A stretch of DNA of 64,000 nt from IMG/VR virus record IMGVR_UViG_3300045938_000114, positions 1 to 64,000 of that record. One strand, written 5' to 3'. Origin of the DNA: a virus (taxonomy: Duplodnaviria; Caudoviricetes). The notes under the pieces are model-generated. The model saw nothing but the letters and a program-made list of their open reading frames with translations. It had not been told where the DNA came from and ran no database searches. Made by a program: the position numbers and the translations under genes. Of the stretch, positions 1 through 10,319 are shown in pieces (position 1 is the stretch's first letter; every line of letters starts with the position of its first letter).

Positions 1-1352
1 AGGTGGTTATTTACGTCACTGATAAATACGCGGTTAGCGTCGTAAAATGCGGCATACTGCGGCACGAAGGGCGTCATTGTCAGCGTGACGCCGGCCTGCA
101 TCGGCATAAAATCCGAGTATACCAGTTTGGGAAAGTACTGCGTATCAACGGTGCCGTCTACGTACTGAATACCGCCCACCCCCAGCGCGGGCGGTAGGGC
201 CTTGTTCACGGCCGGCTGCACCAGCCCCAGCTGGCCGTTTACTTTTTCCAGCCCGTAGCCTGGCGCGAGCAGCTTATGGAGGTCGGTGAGTGCACTTTGC
301 GGCACGGCCGGGTCGATGGGTGTGAGTAGGTTGAAGCGGCCATCCTCATCGGCCTTGCCCACTACGCTAATCACGTTGCTGGGCGAAATGTTGATACCGC
401 TTCCCGCTCCATAGACCGGCGCGGGCTGTTGTCCGATTACCCCGCCTCCCGCGTAGGAGTACGTGATAACATCATCCTTCACCGCGCCGGCCGCTGCCAG
501 AATGTTGAGTTGCCCGGCTACGAACGTGTAGCCCGGTGCGGGGGCACCAGGCAACGGCGAAGGCGGACTCAGCGGGATGCTCTTGCCGCCACTCGTGGCA
601 ATACCCACGTCACCGAACCAGGTAGCAGCAGGTTGTGAGATGGTTTGGGCACCGTCCGCGTCGCACTTGTAAGTACCCGTCGCGATGCCGACTGCCTGGC
701 TGGTTAGCTGGCTAACCGTCGCGAAGGGGTCAGCCGCGCTGGCGTTCGGCGCACCAGCAATGGCCGCGAGCTGATTAGCGGTCAGGCCACTGTCACTCAG
801 TAGCGCGTACCCGCTGCTCGACCAGCGGTACTGACGGTTAGTGTCCTCGGCCAGGTAGATTGTATCGCGCTCTCCCGCTATCGGAAAGTTTACCAGCTTT
901 GGGAAAGAAAACACGTCTTTGGACCCGCCCTTGTCCAGCGCGTAGGTGCCCGCCACTACGTCAATGTCCGTGATGGAGAGCGCCGCGCCATTTTCCAGCG
1001 CGTAGCCCTTGAGCGCGAACAGGTCCGGTGTCAGAGCTACCACGAAGACGGTCGCGTTGTTCTGCACGCCGGTCGTGGTATTCGTCCAGACGTCGGCAAA
1101 GTGGTACAGGCCTCGGGTCACCAGGTCGTTACCGTCGGCTCTGAAATCTGCCAGGTCGCTGAGCGTAAATTCTTCGGCTCCAGCGCCTGAAAGCTGGTAA
1201 TTGAGCAGCGCCTCTTTCCCGTCGATAATGGCGCTGATAACCAGCAGACCGCCGCCGGCCAGGATATTGGCATCCGGGATTGATAACTCTACTTCGCGCA
1301 GGCCGTTGCCGTCCTGCGCCGAAGCGGGTAAAATAATAAATGGCAGGCTCAT
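1..1352 (-). CDS. Tail fibre / virion fibre protein, 3' end truncated by the window edge (missing from the ORF track)
   Basis: Manual translation from ATG at 1352 (MSLPFIILPASAQDG...) is open to position 1. It contains the phage fibre motif FPIAGERDTIYLAEDTNRQYRWSSSGY. Confidence 0.8.
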   Translation of the reverse strand, partial: MSLPFIILPASAQDGNGLREVELSIPDANILAGGGLLVISAIIDGKEALLNYQLSGAGAEEFTLSDLADFRADGNDLVTRGLYHFADVWTNTTTGVQNNATVFVVALTPDLFALKGYALENGAALSITDIDVVAGTYALDKGGSKDVFSFPKLVNFPIAGERDTIYLAEDTNRQYRWSSSGYALLSDSGLTANQLAAIAGAPNASAADPFATVSQLTSQAVGIATGTYKCDADGAQTISQPAATWFGDVGIATSGGKSIPLSPPSPLPGAPAPGYTFVAGQLNILAAAGAVKDDVITYSYAGGGVIGQQPAPVYGAGSGINISPSNVISVVGKADEDGRFNLLTPIDPAVPQSALTDLHKLLAPGYGLEKVNGQLGLVQPAVNKALPPALGVGGIQYVDGTVDTQYFPKLVYSDFMPMQAGVTLTMTPFVPQYAAFYDANRVFISDVNNH

Positions 1353-1363
1353 AAAGCTATGTA

Positions 1364-4300
1364 TTAAGAAGAAGTGAGCGCCAGAAAGTGTAGCTTAGCT
1401 GTGAATCCCACCCCGAATTCCGTACCGCCGTCCGGCGTGTCGTACCGCACGCGCAGCAGCACCGGCCGCAGCATGTCGGCCCCCGCCTCGGCGGGCTCCG
1501 TGACCGTAAGCGGCGCGAAGGGGCCGTAGCTCAGCCGCGCGCCTTCCGGCGTGCTGAGCAGCTCGAACGCCGGGCCGGGGTTGATAATCTTGCGCCAGGC
1601 CTCGGTGGAGCGGCTGGCCACGACGCGCCCGTTGTAGAGGAGCGGGCAGTCCTCATTGGTAATTTCCAGGCGCGCCAGGCGGTGCCCGACCCGGCCCGCC
1701 TTATCCAGCAACTCGATGTAGGCATTGCGGGCCGGCTGGCCGTTGTTGGCCGCCTTGCCGAAGGCCGCTAGCAGGAAGCGCACGCCCACGTCGCGCAGGC
1801 GAAAGCCTACTTGGTTGTCATAGCTTGGCAGCGCACAAACCTCCCAGATGCCCAGGAAGGAATCCGCTACCCGCTGCGGATACCAGAATCCCGCTACGTC
1901 GCGGCCCTTGCCGTAGGTGTAGACGCTGCTGTGCAGCACCAGCGCGCCCGTTTCGGGCGTGAACTTCATGCCGTACTGGCCGCTGGCCACGGCCGTGTTG
2001 AACGGCAGCCCCTGGAGCAGGTACACGCCCGCCTCCACCGGCAGCGTGCCGCGGTAGAGCGACAGGCGGCGGGTGCGGATGGTGTCCAGACCGCTCGAGC
2101 GCTTGCAGCAGATGCCGCCGTGCATCCCCTCGTCGTTCGTGAACTTGTAAATCGCGTTGCCGCGAATCACGGCTAAGCCCGTCTTGGCGTTGCTCGTCAG
2201 GTTGTAGGCTGCGTTTTCCAGCGGGTCGCCCTGCGAGTTTACGGCCCCGCTGGTATCGACCGGCAGGCCGTCCTGGTGGTGCAGCTTGTCCATCGCCGTT
2301 TGGCGGTTCTCGTAGAACTCGTCGTACTGGTTGTGCAGCACGAGCTCGCCGATGGCCTGCGCGAAGCCGCCCGTATTGCCGACGCCATGCCCGATTTCGT
2401 AGCCGCCATCCAGCGGATACGGCCCCAGGAACTCGGGGAAGGTAGCTGGCGCAGCCAGGGCCGCCCACTGGTCTACCGTGCCGGGGTGCAGCGTAGCAAT
2501 GTGGAAGCCCGGCCGGGTGGCCGAGCAAAACGAGACTATCGTGCCGTTCGGGGCCTGCATGTTTTGCGTCAGGTAGCCGCCCGGCGTCGTGGGCGAGTTG
2601 ACGCCCAGCACCGGCGACTTGCGCACCAACTGCTTCTCACCCCAGGTAGGCCAGCCCGTAGCCGGGTCGTTTACCAATGGAAACCGCGACCACACCATGC
2701 GCGTGCCTGCGTCGCCGATGCGGTTGTTGTCAATCACGCCGTTCAACTCGCCCTCCAGCACCCACAAGCTGCCATCAGCATAAATGCGGGTGCGGGAGGG
2801 GAAGTACTGCGTGCTGTATCGAATGCCCGTGGCCGGGTCTAGCTCAATGAGCACCACCGCGTCCTTCGGGTCTTGCCGCTGGTGAAAAGCATAGCGGCGC
2901 TTGCTCGTCGGGAAGGTGGTGGCGTTGAGCAGGCGGTTATAGTCGTCGTCAAAGTTGGCCCGGTAGCCCGCCAGCCAGCTGCGCACCGGCACGTAGGTAT
3001 TGGTTTTCCAGTAGTAGAGGTACTCCATGTACTGGGCAAACACGCAAATCACGTCCGGGTCGGGGTAGTTCACGTCAACTACGCAGTTGTAGAAATACCC
3101 TATCCATTCCAGCGTATCGACCACCTCGTAGGTGTCGGTGCGGATGAACTGGTTGCGGAAGCTGCCCGGCTCGCCCGACAAAATCATGCCCGCACCCACC
3201 CAAGCCACGAACGGCACCGAGTTACCACTCGGCGTGTTGCCGAACTTCTTGGCGTTCAGGAAGGCGTACTTGTTCGGCAGCAGCTCTGGCGAGGCCGAAT
3301 AGCCGCCCCCGGCCGCCTGTTCCGCGTGCAGCAGCACGGTCGTGGTGGCCGAGTACCAGCAAATCTTGTGCGTGGCCGTTGTGGTCGGGTCGTTGGCCCG
3401 GCTGCCGTCCTGCGCCACCAGCTGCTGGTAGTCCTCCGAAGCGCGCAGGCTTACCGGGTCGGTCATGCCGGCCAGCGTTTTGTCGGTGGCCGTGCCCACG
3501 CCCTGGTCGCTGAGGTCGAAGCGACGCGGGGTATTCACCTCCTGAATCATCCACAGGATGCGCGGGCCGGTCAGCGTCAGGTGGCGCGGGTCGGTCACGC
3601 TCCAGGTGTTGAGCAGGTTACCCGTCGAGCGGGTATACGTCTCAATGACGCCCATTTTGGCGCGGGCTACCCAGTAAAACTCCAGGCTCATCGCCAGGCC
3701 GGTGATGAACTCGCGCCCATCCCATTGTTCATCACGTGGTATTTCCGGGCTGGCTAGATAAGCAATAGCGTAATGCGTCAGGCCCCCGTTGTAACGCAAT
3801 ACAGTAGCTCCAGATAGCTGCACGTCTAAATCCGTGTCGTCTTCCTGCGGTTCCGTGAGCAGTATGTAACAGCCGTACACGTTCACGCCGTTACCGTTTG
3901 GGCCTCGGTTGGGGGTGAACGTGCCGTGCACGCCCGCCCACCCTACCCGCACGCGGGTATTGGCCGGCAAGGGCTGGCCGAATAGCTCCTCCGATTCTAC
4001 GATAGTAGCCGCGAACGCCTCCTTCTGGTGCACCCGCACCCGCCGCTTAGGGTCGCTAACCAAGCATTTATTCATGCTGGTCGCCTCGCCTTCGGAATAG
4101 GACGTGGCAATCATCAGCCACTTGCCTACCCGCTTGGCGCTGGTGGCCTGGTGCGCATCGTTCCAGACGGCGGCCCCGGTCAGGTCGGCCGAGTTGTTGC
4201 CTATCGTTTTAAGGTGCTCGTGCACCAGCTTGTGGTCGCGCACCTTCGGGTAGCACGTCGCAACCTGCTCGACAGTGAGCAGGTTGCCTTCGTAATCGTA

Positions 4301-4492
4301 GCCATCCCAACGCAGGACGTAGGTGCCGGCTTCCTTCTTGACGTTGGCCTCGACCACCGCGACCAGCACTTCCTCGCCGTTTACCAGCCGAAAAACGCCG
4401 GAGCTAACCGTGGCGGCCTCCGTCAGGGCGTAGGAATACAGCAGGTCGTTGCCAGCCGGCGCGGGCCGCGCTCTCATTTTCGCGAGTGCCAT
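1364..4492 (-). CDS. Large virion-associated protein: N-terminal FlgD-type Ig-like domain plus probable beta-propeller/sandwich domains
   Basis: YVLRWDGYDYEG resembles the FlgD-Ig WDGxDxxG motif; located in the fibre cluster. Confidence 0.6.
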   Translation of the reverse strand: MALAKMRARPAPAGNDLLYSYALTEAATVSSGVFRLVNGEEVLVAVVEANVKKEAGTYVLRWDGYDYEGNLLTVEQVATCYPKVRDHKLVHEHLKTIGNNSADLTGAAVWNDAHQATSAKRVGKWLMIATSYSEGEATSMNKCLVSDPKRRVRVHQKEAFAATIVESEELFGQPLPANTRVRVGWAGVHGTFTPNRGPNGNGVNVYGCYILLTEPQEDDTDLDVQLSGATVLRYNGGLTHYAIAYLASPEIPRDEQWDGREFITGLAMSLEFYWVARAKMGVIETYTRSTGNLLNTWSVTDPRHLTLTGPRILWMIQEVNTPRRFDLSDQGVGTATDKTLAGMTDPVSLRASEDYQQLVAQDGSRANDPTTTATHKICWYSATTTVLLHAEQAAGGGYSASPELLPNKYAFLNAKKFGNTPSGNSVPFVAWVGAGMILSGEPGSFRNQFIRTDTYEVVDTLEWIGYFYNCVVDVNYPDPDVICVFAQYMEYLYYWKTNTYVPVRSWLAGYRANFDDDYNRLLNATTFPTSKRRYAFHQRQDPKDAVVLIELDPATGIRYSTQYFPSRTRIYADGSLWVLEGELNGVIDNNRIGDAGTRMVWSRFPLVNDPATGWPTWGEKQLVRKSPVLGVNSPTTPGGYLTQNMQAPNGTIVSFCSATRPGFHIATLHPGTVDQWAALAAPATFPEFLGPYPLDGGYEIGHGVGNTGGFAQAIGELVLHNQYDEFYENRQTAMDKLHHQDGLPVDTSGAVNSQGDPLENAAYNLTSNAKTGLAVIRGNAIYKFTNDEGMHGGICCKRSSGLDTIRTRRLSLYRGTLPVEAGVYLLQGLPFNTAVASGQYGMKFTPETGALVLHSSVYTYGKGRDVAGFWYPQRVADSFLGIWEVCALPSYDNQVGFRLRDVGVRFLLAAFGKAANNGQPARNAYIELLDKAGRVGHRLARLEITNEDCPLLYNGRVVASRSTEAWRKIINPGPAFELLSTPEGARLSYGPFAPLTVTEPAEAGADMLRPVLLRVRYDTPDGGTEFGVGFTAKLHFLALTSS

Positions 4493-4495
4493 ACG

Positions 4496-6370
4496 CTACA
4501 GCTCGTAAATGCGTGGCTTGTGTACCCCCAGCCCGATACTGCCGTCGCCGACGAAGCTCACGTCAATACCGGCCGGCGCGAATAGCTTGCCGAACGTGTA
4601 CGCCGTCGTGTCATTTTGCTGGGTCCAGTAAAGCCGCGCCTCATACCAGCCGCCGCCTACAGCCACCATCGTCGCAGTAGCCGCGTTGCCCATGGCAGCC
4701 CCCTCAGGCTGCAACGTGTTTACGTTGAAACTAGCCCGCGCAAATTGGTTACCGCTGTTATTAATTAACTGGTTCGAGAAAAACTTAATGCCCGTCCCCG
4801 GCTTTACCAGCACGCACGCCACGTAAGATTTACCATCGCGCACCATCGCGCTCAGGACCTTATTGTGGTAGCCGTGGTTGTCTGTACTCGATGGGTTCGG
4901 TTTCAGGAAGTAGGCCGTAGCCCCCCCAGCGTAGTCGCTCTGGCCGCCCGTTATCGGCGTGAGCAGGTCACTGTAATCGAAGTGAGCCGTGTTGCCCAAA
5001 TCATCCGAGGCCAGCAGGTTTGTACCAGTAAGCGGGGCCGTCGTGCCCCCGCCACCGCCCGCCACGTTAAACGTCGCGGAGTTGAACAGCCAGGGCGAAG
5101 CCGTATTGTTGCTGGTGGCCTTCACGCGCACGCCGACCACGCCGGCTGGCTTGGCCACGTTGCCTACCACGAGCGGTTTCACCGTCACTGCCTGAATCGT
5201 GCTACCGCCGTCGAGCGTGTACTCGTAGTCGCCTACCGCCGAGTAGTTGGGCGTATTGGTCCAGTCCATCGTGTCGGCCGTGTCGTCCACGATGGCCGCC
5301 GTGGGCGCGGCCGGGGTCGGCAGAGTTACCACCGGCTGCGTGAGCAGGGCAATGGCTGCCTCGAAGCAAATCCGGCCCAACTCTTTAAAGCCCGGCGTTT
5401 GCGGGTGCAGCCCGTCGCTACCCATCACCACCGTATCCGTGGAGGGCGCCAGTGCTTTATGCGCTGGGTCTTGGGCGTAGGCCACCTGCGCCGCCATTAC
5501 TTTCGCACGGCCGGTAGCATCCAGGGCCGTTTGGTTAGCCGTAAGCTGCGGCAGCACCAAATACGGCTGGTAACCCAGCCACCCCCACAGGTTGTTGAAG
5601 ACGTTGACCAGGTTCGTACCGTAAGCATCGGCCAGCGCGCCGTAGGCGTCAGCCTCGCCCTGCTTCCATATTACCACGTCAATTGGCGCGGCGTCGTCAC
5701 CGAGGGCAGCCATTGCCGCTGTGATGCACGCCTTGAGCTGGTCGAGCAGTTCACCGGACGAGAGTTGTGACCAGTCCTCGTCGGCGTTGTTGCTAAACGC
5801 CAGTTGCGTGCCGCCCTTGGCGAATTTGATAATACGCACGCCAGGGCCGAAGCGCCCCACCAGTAGGCGGCCCATTTCCGTTTCCGGCCCCCAGTTCAGC
5901 GGGTCGTAGCACCCCGTATTGTAGCCCGGTTTCAGGGGCTCCCAGTAGACACTGTTGCGCTTGAAAATGGACGCCCCGTAGTTCGTATCCGCCAACTCAA
6001 GCGGAAGTGGGTTGTTGGTCGTTTTCAGGCCTTCGGCCAGACTTTGCCCAATTACTAGCACCGTGGGCGGGCGCTGCGCCGCTGCCCCGCCACCGCCCGG
6101 CGAATACCCCATCGTGGTGAGCCGATATTGCAGCTTGGTGTTATTCTGCGTGTATGTGACGATACCGTTCACCACCGTGCGGTCGAAGTCCGGCAGGTCG
6201 GTAATGGGCACGAGGTTGGGCACATCCTGCGCCAGCGCTTCTACTTCCTGCTCCACAAAATCGCGGGTGCGTTGCAGGGCATCTACGACCACCTTCTTGC
6301 CCTTATTTGAGCCGGTGCCGTTGGTGATTTCGTCGTCGTCTTGCTGCGCGAGGTCGGCGTTAGTAGGCAT
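4496..6370 (-). CDS. Tail fibre/spike with SASA (sialate O-acetylesterase/CE6-like, SGNH) domain and C-terminal CBM-like domain
   Basis: Motifs IGQSL, WGPE, AKGGT, WKQGEAD and DGLH; C-terminal TNLL...GWY spike-type domain. Confidence 0.8.
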   Translation of the reverse strand: MPTNADLAQQDDDEITNGTGSNKGKKVVVDALQRTRDFVEQEVEALAQDVPNLVPITDLPDFDRTVVNGIVTYTQNNTKLQYRLTTMGYSPGGGGAAAQRPPTVLVIGQSLAEGLKTTNNPLPLELADTNYGASIFKRNSVYWEPLKPGYNTGCYDPLNWGPETEMGRLLVGRFGPGVRIIKFAKGGTQLAFSNNADEDWSQLSSGELLDQLKACITAAMAALGDDAAPIDVVIWKQGEADAYGALADAYGTNLVNVFNNLWGWLGYQPYLVLPQLTANQTALDATGRAKVMAAQVAYAQDPAHKALAPSTDTVVMGSDGLHPQTPGFKELGRICFEAAIALLTQPVVTLPTPAAPTAAIVDDTADTMDWTNTPNYSAVGDYEYTLDGGSTIQAVTVKPLVVGNVAKPAGVVGVRVKATSNNTASPWLFNSATFNVAGGGGGTTAPLTGTNLLASDDLGNTAHFDYSDLLTPITGGQSDYAGGATAYFLKPNPSSTDNHGYHNKVLSAMVRDGKSYVACVLVKPGTGIKFFSNQLINNSGNQFARASFNVNTLQPEGAAMGNAATATMVAVGGGWYEARLYWTQQNDTTAYTFGKLFAPAGIDVSFVGDGSIGLGVHKPRIYEL

Positions 6371-6373
6371 AAA

Positions 6374-6910
6374 TTATCCGAAAAAAGGTTGCTGAAAAAA
6401 GGGCGCCTGGAAGAAGGTGGCCCCGACTGCTGGCCGCCCTTGGCCGGCCGGCACGCTGAGGCTGCGCAGCGTCGTATCGGGGGCGAAGAGCACGAGCCGC
6501 CGCAGCCGGGGGTTGTAACTGTAGGTGGCCAATGAAACGCCGGTGCCGCTGGGCGGCGTGGGCGTGCCCGGCCCCACGATTGCCCGCCAGCGGCTGTTGT
6601 CGGCCAGCAGGGCGATTTTGGCGGCATCCGTGGGCGCGGCGTTCCAGTCAGCATCGCTGATGGCGAGCTCGTACTCCTCGGCTACGCTGTCCTGCCACAC
6701 GTACACCCGCATCCAGCGCCGCCGCCGCCCGCTACTGTAGCTCGATTCCAGCCGGTCGGTGACGGGTATCGCGTCGCGGGCGGCCAGGCTATCCACGGCC
6801 CGCCAGCCGCCGATGCCCAGCCAGTCGAAATGCGTCCCGAACTTCTCGCTCAAGTCAGCATTAACTACTGGCCCCGACGTCAGGAGTCCTGTTGGTTGCT
6901 TGGTTTCCAT
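6374..6910 (-). CDS. Fibre adaptor/virion protein with Phe-rich C-terminus
   Basis: GGWRAVDSLAARDAIP fibre-type motif; ends FFQAPFFQQPFFG. Confidence 0.65.
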   Translation of the reverse strand: METKQPTGLLTSGPVVNADLSEKFGTHFDWLGIGGWRAVDSLAARDAIPVTDRLESSYSSGRRRRWMRVYVWQDSVAEEYELAISDADWNAAPTDAAKIALLADNSRWRAIVGPGTPTPPSGTGVSLATYSYNPRLRRLVLFAPDTTLRSLSVPAGQGRPAVGATFFQAPFFQQPFFG

Positions 6911-7900
6911 TTACGCCGACTGAATGGTGTAGCCCCCGTTGAGCAGGTTGCCGGTGCGCAGCACGCGCATCGTATTCTGCGCCCCGAACTCATTGGTGAA
7001 GGTGAAATCACGCGTCAGGAAGTCGTTGTTGGGCTGGCCCTGCACCTGGAAGGCTGCCCCGAGTTGCGAATTATCCAGCAGGCTCGTGTCAAAGACGAAA
7101 TACACCCACTGGCTCCGCGGCTGGTAGATGGCGGGGCCGGTGGCGCGGCTCGGCACCAGGTCGCCGGATTGCGTGCGCAGAAAAGCGCTCAGGGCGCTGG
7201 CCGGGTAAAGCGCGGGGTCGAGCAGCTTCTGGTCCGACACGAAGGCGTAGCGATACACCCCGCCCGAAATCACAATGTCCTGCTGAAAGGCCGCGCCCTT
7301 CACGTCCACGCCCTCTAGCCGGAAGTGCTGGCTTTCGCCGAGCTTCACGACGAAGCCGGCCACGGCAAACGTCTGGTTATCGGTGGGCGCTAGTTGCGTA
7401 GCTATCGGCTGCCCTACGGTCAGGTTTGAGAGCGTGAGGCCGGCCGCTGATACGTTGCTGGGGTTGGTGGTGCCCCAGGCAAAGGGGTAGTCGTTGGACG
7501 GGTAGGAGTAGCCCACCGGCCGTACCACGCTGCCCGACCCTTGGAAGGTGAAGAAGCTGATATACGGCCGCAGGTAGCCGATGCGCTCCTCTTCGAGCAG
7601 CTGCTGCAAGGTGCCGTCGAAGTCGGCGGCGGCGCGCGCGCCGATGCGCTCGGTGACGCCGACCAGCTTCACGTGCACCAGCTTGGCGTCAATCGGGCCG
7701 CCGTTGACGTTGGCGCCCACCGGCTCCCAATTGCCGGAAGTGAAGTTGAACTGCCGTATCTCGACAATCTCCGGGTCGGTCGGGTCAATTTCAGCGGCCC
7801 AGAAAATGTAGGTTTTAGCGGGCGGGTTGGGGCCTTTGATGAGGGCCACCACGTTACCGAGGTTCTGCTGGAATTGCGAGGGGTTGCTGCCAGGAGACAT
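6911..7900 (-). CDS. Baseplate/fibre-associated structural protein
   Basis: 329 aa, tightly packed between baseplate and fibre genes. Confidence 0.6.
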   Translation of the reverse strand: MSPGSNPSQFQQNLGNVVALIKGPNPPAKTYIFWAAEIDPTDPEIVEIRQFNFTSGNWEPVGANVNGGPIDAKLVHVKLVGVTERIGARAAADFDGTLQQLLEEERIGYLRPYISFFTFQGSGSVVRPVGYSYPSNDYPFAWGTTNPSNVSAAGLTLSNLTVGQPIATQLAPTDNQTFAVAGFVVKLGESQHFRLEGVDVKGAAFQQDIVISGGVYRYAFVSDQKLLDPALYPASALSAFLRTQSGDLVPSRATGPAIYQPRSQWVYFVFDTSLLDNSQLGAAFQVQGQPNNDFLTRDFTFTNEFGAQNTMRVLRTGNLLNGGYTIQSA

Positions 7901-7906
7901 AAATCG

Positions 7907-8665
7907 TTAATAGTAAAGCAGGTCGCCATCGGCTGAGAGCGTATAGCGGCTGCTGTTGAAGCCCCGTACCCGCAGGTCGCCATTAACCAGGCTCAGGGTG
8001 ATGCCGGGGGCGGCACTGTTGTCGTAAATCAGGTTGCCGTTTGCATCGATGCGAACTAGCAGGGCGTTCAGGCTGATGGGAGAGCCGTTGTAGAGCACGG
8101 TGCGGAGCCGGGCGTTGATGGGCTCGCAGAATCGAATTACCGAGAGTATCCAGGCCCGGATGTCGCTGGTCAGAACCAGCGTACCCGTTAGCTCCAGGTC
8201 GTACTCGGTGCAGCCCGCGCAAGCGCCATCAAAGCGCCGGTCTACATCATCTAAGGTAAGCGGGCTGTCAAAGCCACTTTCTGGCCAGTATTCGACGACG
8301 TTGACCGTCAAAAAACCCAATAATTTCAACAAAATCTCATAAGAGCGCTTCGTACCCTTGATTCGGGTAATGCGCGGGGCCCACGCAATAAGCTTGCGCC
8401 GTACCTCCAGCTTGTCACTAACTATGTAGTTCACTCCCATCTGGTTCTCCAAATAGGGCACGAAGCGAGCCAGCGCCGTAGCCGGGTCAATGACGTTGGC
8501 CACGAAGTTGTCGAGCAGCGGGCGCAGCGAATCATCGAACTCCGCCCCCAGCGCCCGCATGAAGCGCTCGTTCAGGCCGCGCCCGTTCACGTCGGGGTTC
8601 ACGGTGTCGGCCTTCTTCTCGGCTGGCCCGAACAGGCCGAAGATGGTTTCTTTCAGGCTCCACAT
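7907..8665 (-). CDS. Baseplate wedge protein (P2 gpI-like tail protein)
   Basis: RRKLI...IKGTKRSY..LLKLLG motif; follows gpJ; likely start ATG 8665 (MWSLKE). Confidence 0.75.
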   Translation of the reverse strand: MWSLKETIFGLFGPAEKKADTVNPDVNGRGLNERFMRALGAEFDDSLRPLLDNFVANVIDPATALARFVPYLENQMGVNYIVSDKLEVRRKLIAWAPRITRIKGTKRSYEILLKLLGFLTVNVVEYWPESGFDSPLTLDDVDRRFDGACAGCTEYDLELTGTLVLTSDIRAWILSVIRFCEPINARLRTVLYNGSPISLNALLVRIDANGNLIYDNSAAPGITLSLVNGDLRVRGFNSSRYTLSADGDLLYY

Positions 8666-8666
8666 A

Positions 8667-10319
8667 CTACAGGCCGCCCGAGGCAATAATCGTGATGTGG
8701 GCCGCGTCGGTGACCGGCAGGCTCTGCTCGGCCAGCGTGAGGCTGCCGGAGTAGGCGTAGGTCGTAAACTCCCACACGTCGCCTACACTGTAGGCCGCGC
8801 TGCTGCGCACGGTGAGTTCCAGCTGCGGGTAGGTGTACTGCTGGTTGAAGTTGAGGTCGCCCAGGTAGATGTTGCCGCGCACCAGCTCGTACTTATTATT
8901 GGGCAGCACCGTGATGCGCCACTGGATAGTGCTGGTGCTGTCAGGCAGCACCTCTGCATCCCAGTCCAGCACCGGGGCCGCGTCCTGGGCGCGGGCGAAG
9001 GGGATGGGGCTCATCAGCGTGATTTCGCTCCACTCCACCCCTTCCGTATTTTCCAGCTGCTCGTACACGTCGCCGAGGTGAATGCTGCCGTTGATTTTCT
9101 GGCGGCCGGGCGCGTGAAAGGCAACGACAGCATCCAGCGCCCGCTGCACGGTGGTTGCCCGTTCGTAGTTGGGCGCCACGCGCAGGGTGATGGCGTACTT
9201 GATAACGACCTCGCCGGCCGCCAGCGGAATCACTTTGGTCGTGACCATGCGGCGCGAGTCAAAGTAGTTTTCTACCGCCAGCAACAGGCCGGTGCTCGCG
9301 ATGCCGCCCCCGGTCGGGTAGACGTAGATATACACGAACTTGCCGCAGTTGAAGACGAGGCCGGCCTGCGCCACGCCCGGCGCCATCAGGGCCACGTCGA
9401 TGTAATCGTCGTCAGTTACGGCCCGCTCCAGCGTGCGCAGCGAGAGCGGGATGCGCTTCTTCAACTCGGCCAGGCCTTCGGCGTTCGCGCCGCCGCTGGC
9501 CCGCTGCGGGTTTCGCACCTGCACCAGCACGCCGTTGCTCGTAACCAGGCTGCTCAGCTCCGTGATGGTGTTCGGCCCCGCGTTGCCGGCCGCCCCGTCG
9601 CTGGTGAAGTTGTTGACCGTGATGGGCTGGCCGTTGAGGGGTATCGCGCCGCTGGCCCCATCCGGAAACAGCACCTCCATCTGGCCCTGCACGTTGATGC
9701 CGGCCCGGAAGTGCTTATCCTGAAAGGTGGAGTAGGCAAACGTATCTACTGGCGCCCACGGCGTAGAGCCGACGGTCACATATACCTGGCTATCTACTAC
9801 GCCCGCCCCGAGCGCGAAGCGCTGCCCGGCCGTGCCGTTGCTCACGCCTACCTGGCGGCTGGCCACCGGCTTCCAGTTACGCGCTGGTACCGTCACCTTC
9901 AGCTGCCCGGCCCGCAGCACGGCGGCCGTCGTGGTCTGGTACTCGATGCCGGTCTTGGTGCGGGCCACGGTGCCGGCCGGGATGGTGGTATCCGTCGGCG
10001 AGGCCTGCGCCACGTAAAATTCCAGGTCCACGGCGGCGGCCAGCACGCCCCGCACCCGGTAGTCTACCAGGTTGGCGAAGCGAATGGCGCTGCTGTAGTT
10101 GCGGCAGGTATCCAGAAACGATTCGCGGGCATTCACATCGACGTAGAAGCCAATGTGCTCGCAGATGCCCGCGAACACCGAGAGCGCCTTGATGAACGGG
10201 TTGGAGTAGCTATAGTCCGTGATTTCGGGCGCGGCCACCGGCAAGCGGGCAATGACGGCGGTCATTATCTGCTCGTAGCCGCGCTGCACGTAGCCAATCC
10301 AAGGGTTGGTGAGTTTCAT
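8667..10319 (-). CDS. Baseplate J / T4 gp6-like wedge protein
   Basis: PEITDYSYSNP, TIPAGT, GG..AE...LKKR, RAVT.DDY motifs. Confidence 0.9.
   Translation of the reverse strand: MKLTNPWIGYVQRGYEQIMTAVIARLPVAAPEITDYSYSNPFIKALSVFAGICEHIGFYVDVNARESFLDTCRNYSSAIRFANLVDYRVRGVLAAAVDLEFYVAQASPTDTTIPAGTVARTKTGIEYQTTTAAVLRAGQLKVTVPARNWKPVASRQVGVSNGTAGQRFALGAGVVDSQVYVTVGSTPWAPVDTFAYSTFQDKHFRAGINVQGQMEVLFPDGASGAIPLNGQPITVNNFTSDGAAGNAGPNTITELSSLVTSNGVLVQVRNPQRASGGANAEGLAELKKRIPLSLRTLERAVTDDDYIDVALMAPGVAQAGLVFNCGKFVYIYVYPTGGGIASTGLLLAVENYFDSRRMVTTKVIPLAAGEVVIKYAITLRVAPNYERATTVQRALDAVVAFHAPGRQKINGSIHLGDVYEQLENTEGVEWSEITLMSPIPFARAQDAAPVLDWDAEVLPDSTSTIQWRITVLPNNKYELVRGNIYLGDLNFNQQYTYPQLELTVRSSAAYSVGDVWEFTTYAYSGSLTLAEQSLPVTDAAHITIIASGGL

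Noticed and set aside
1-6370. Diversity-generating retroelement targeting fibres
   Set aside because: No reverse transcriptase or TR/VR pair seen; the 84-bp duplication at 55.1 kb is not adenine-specific
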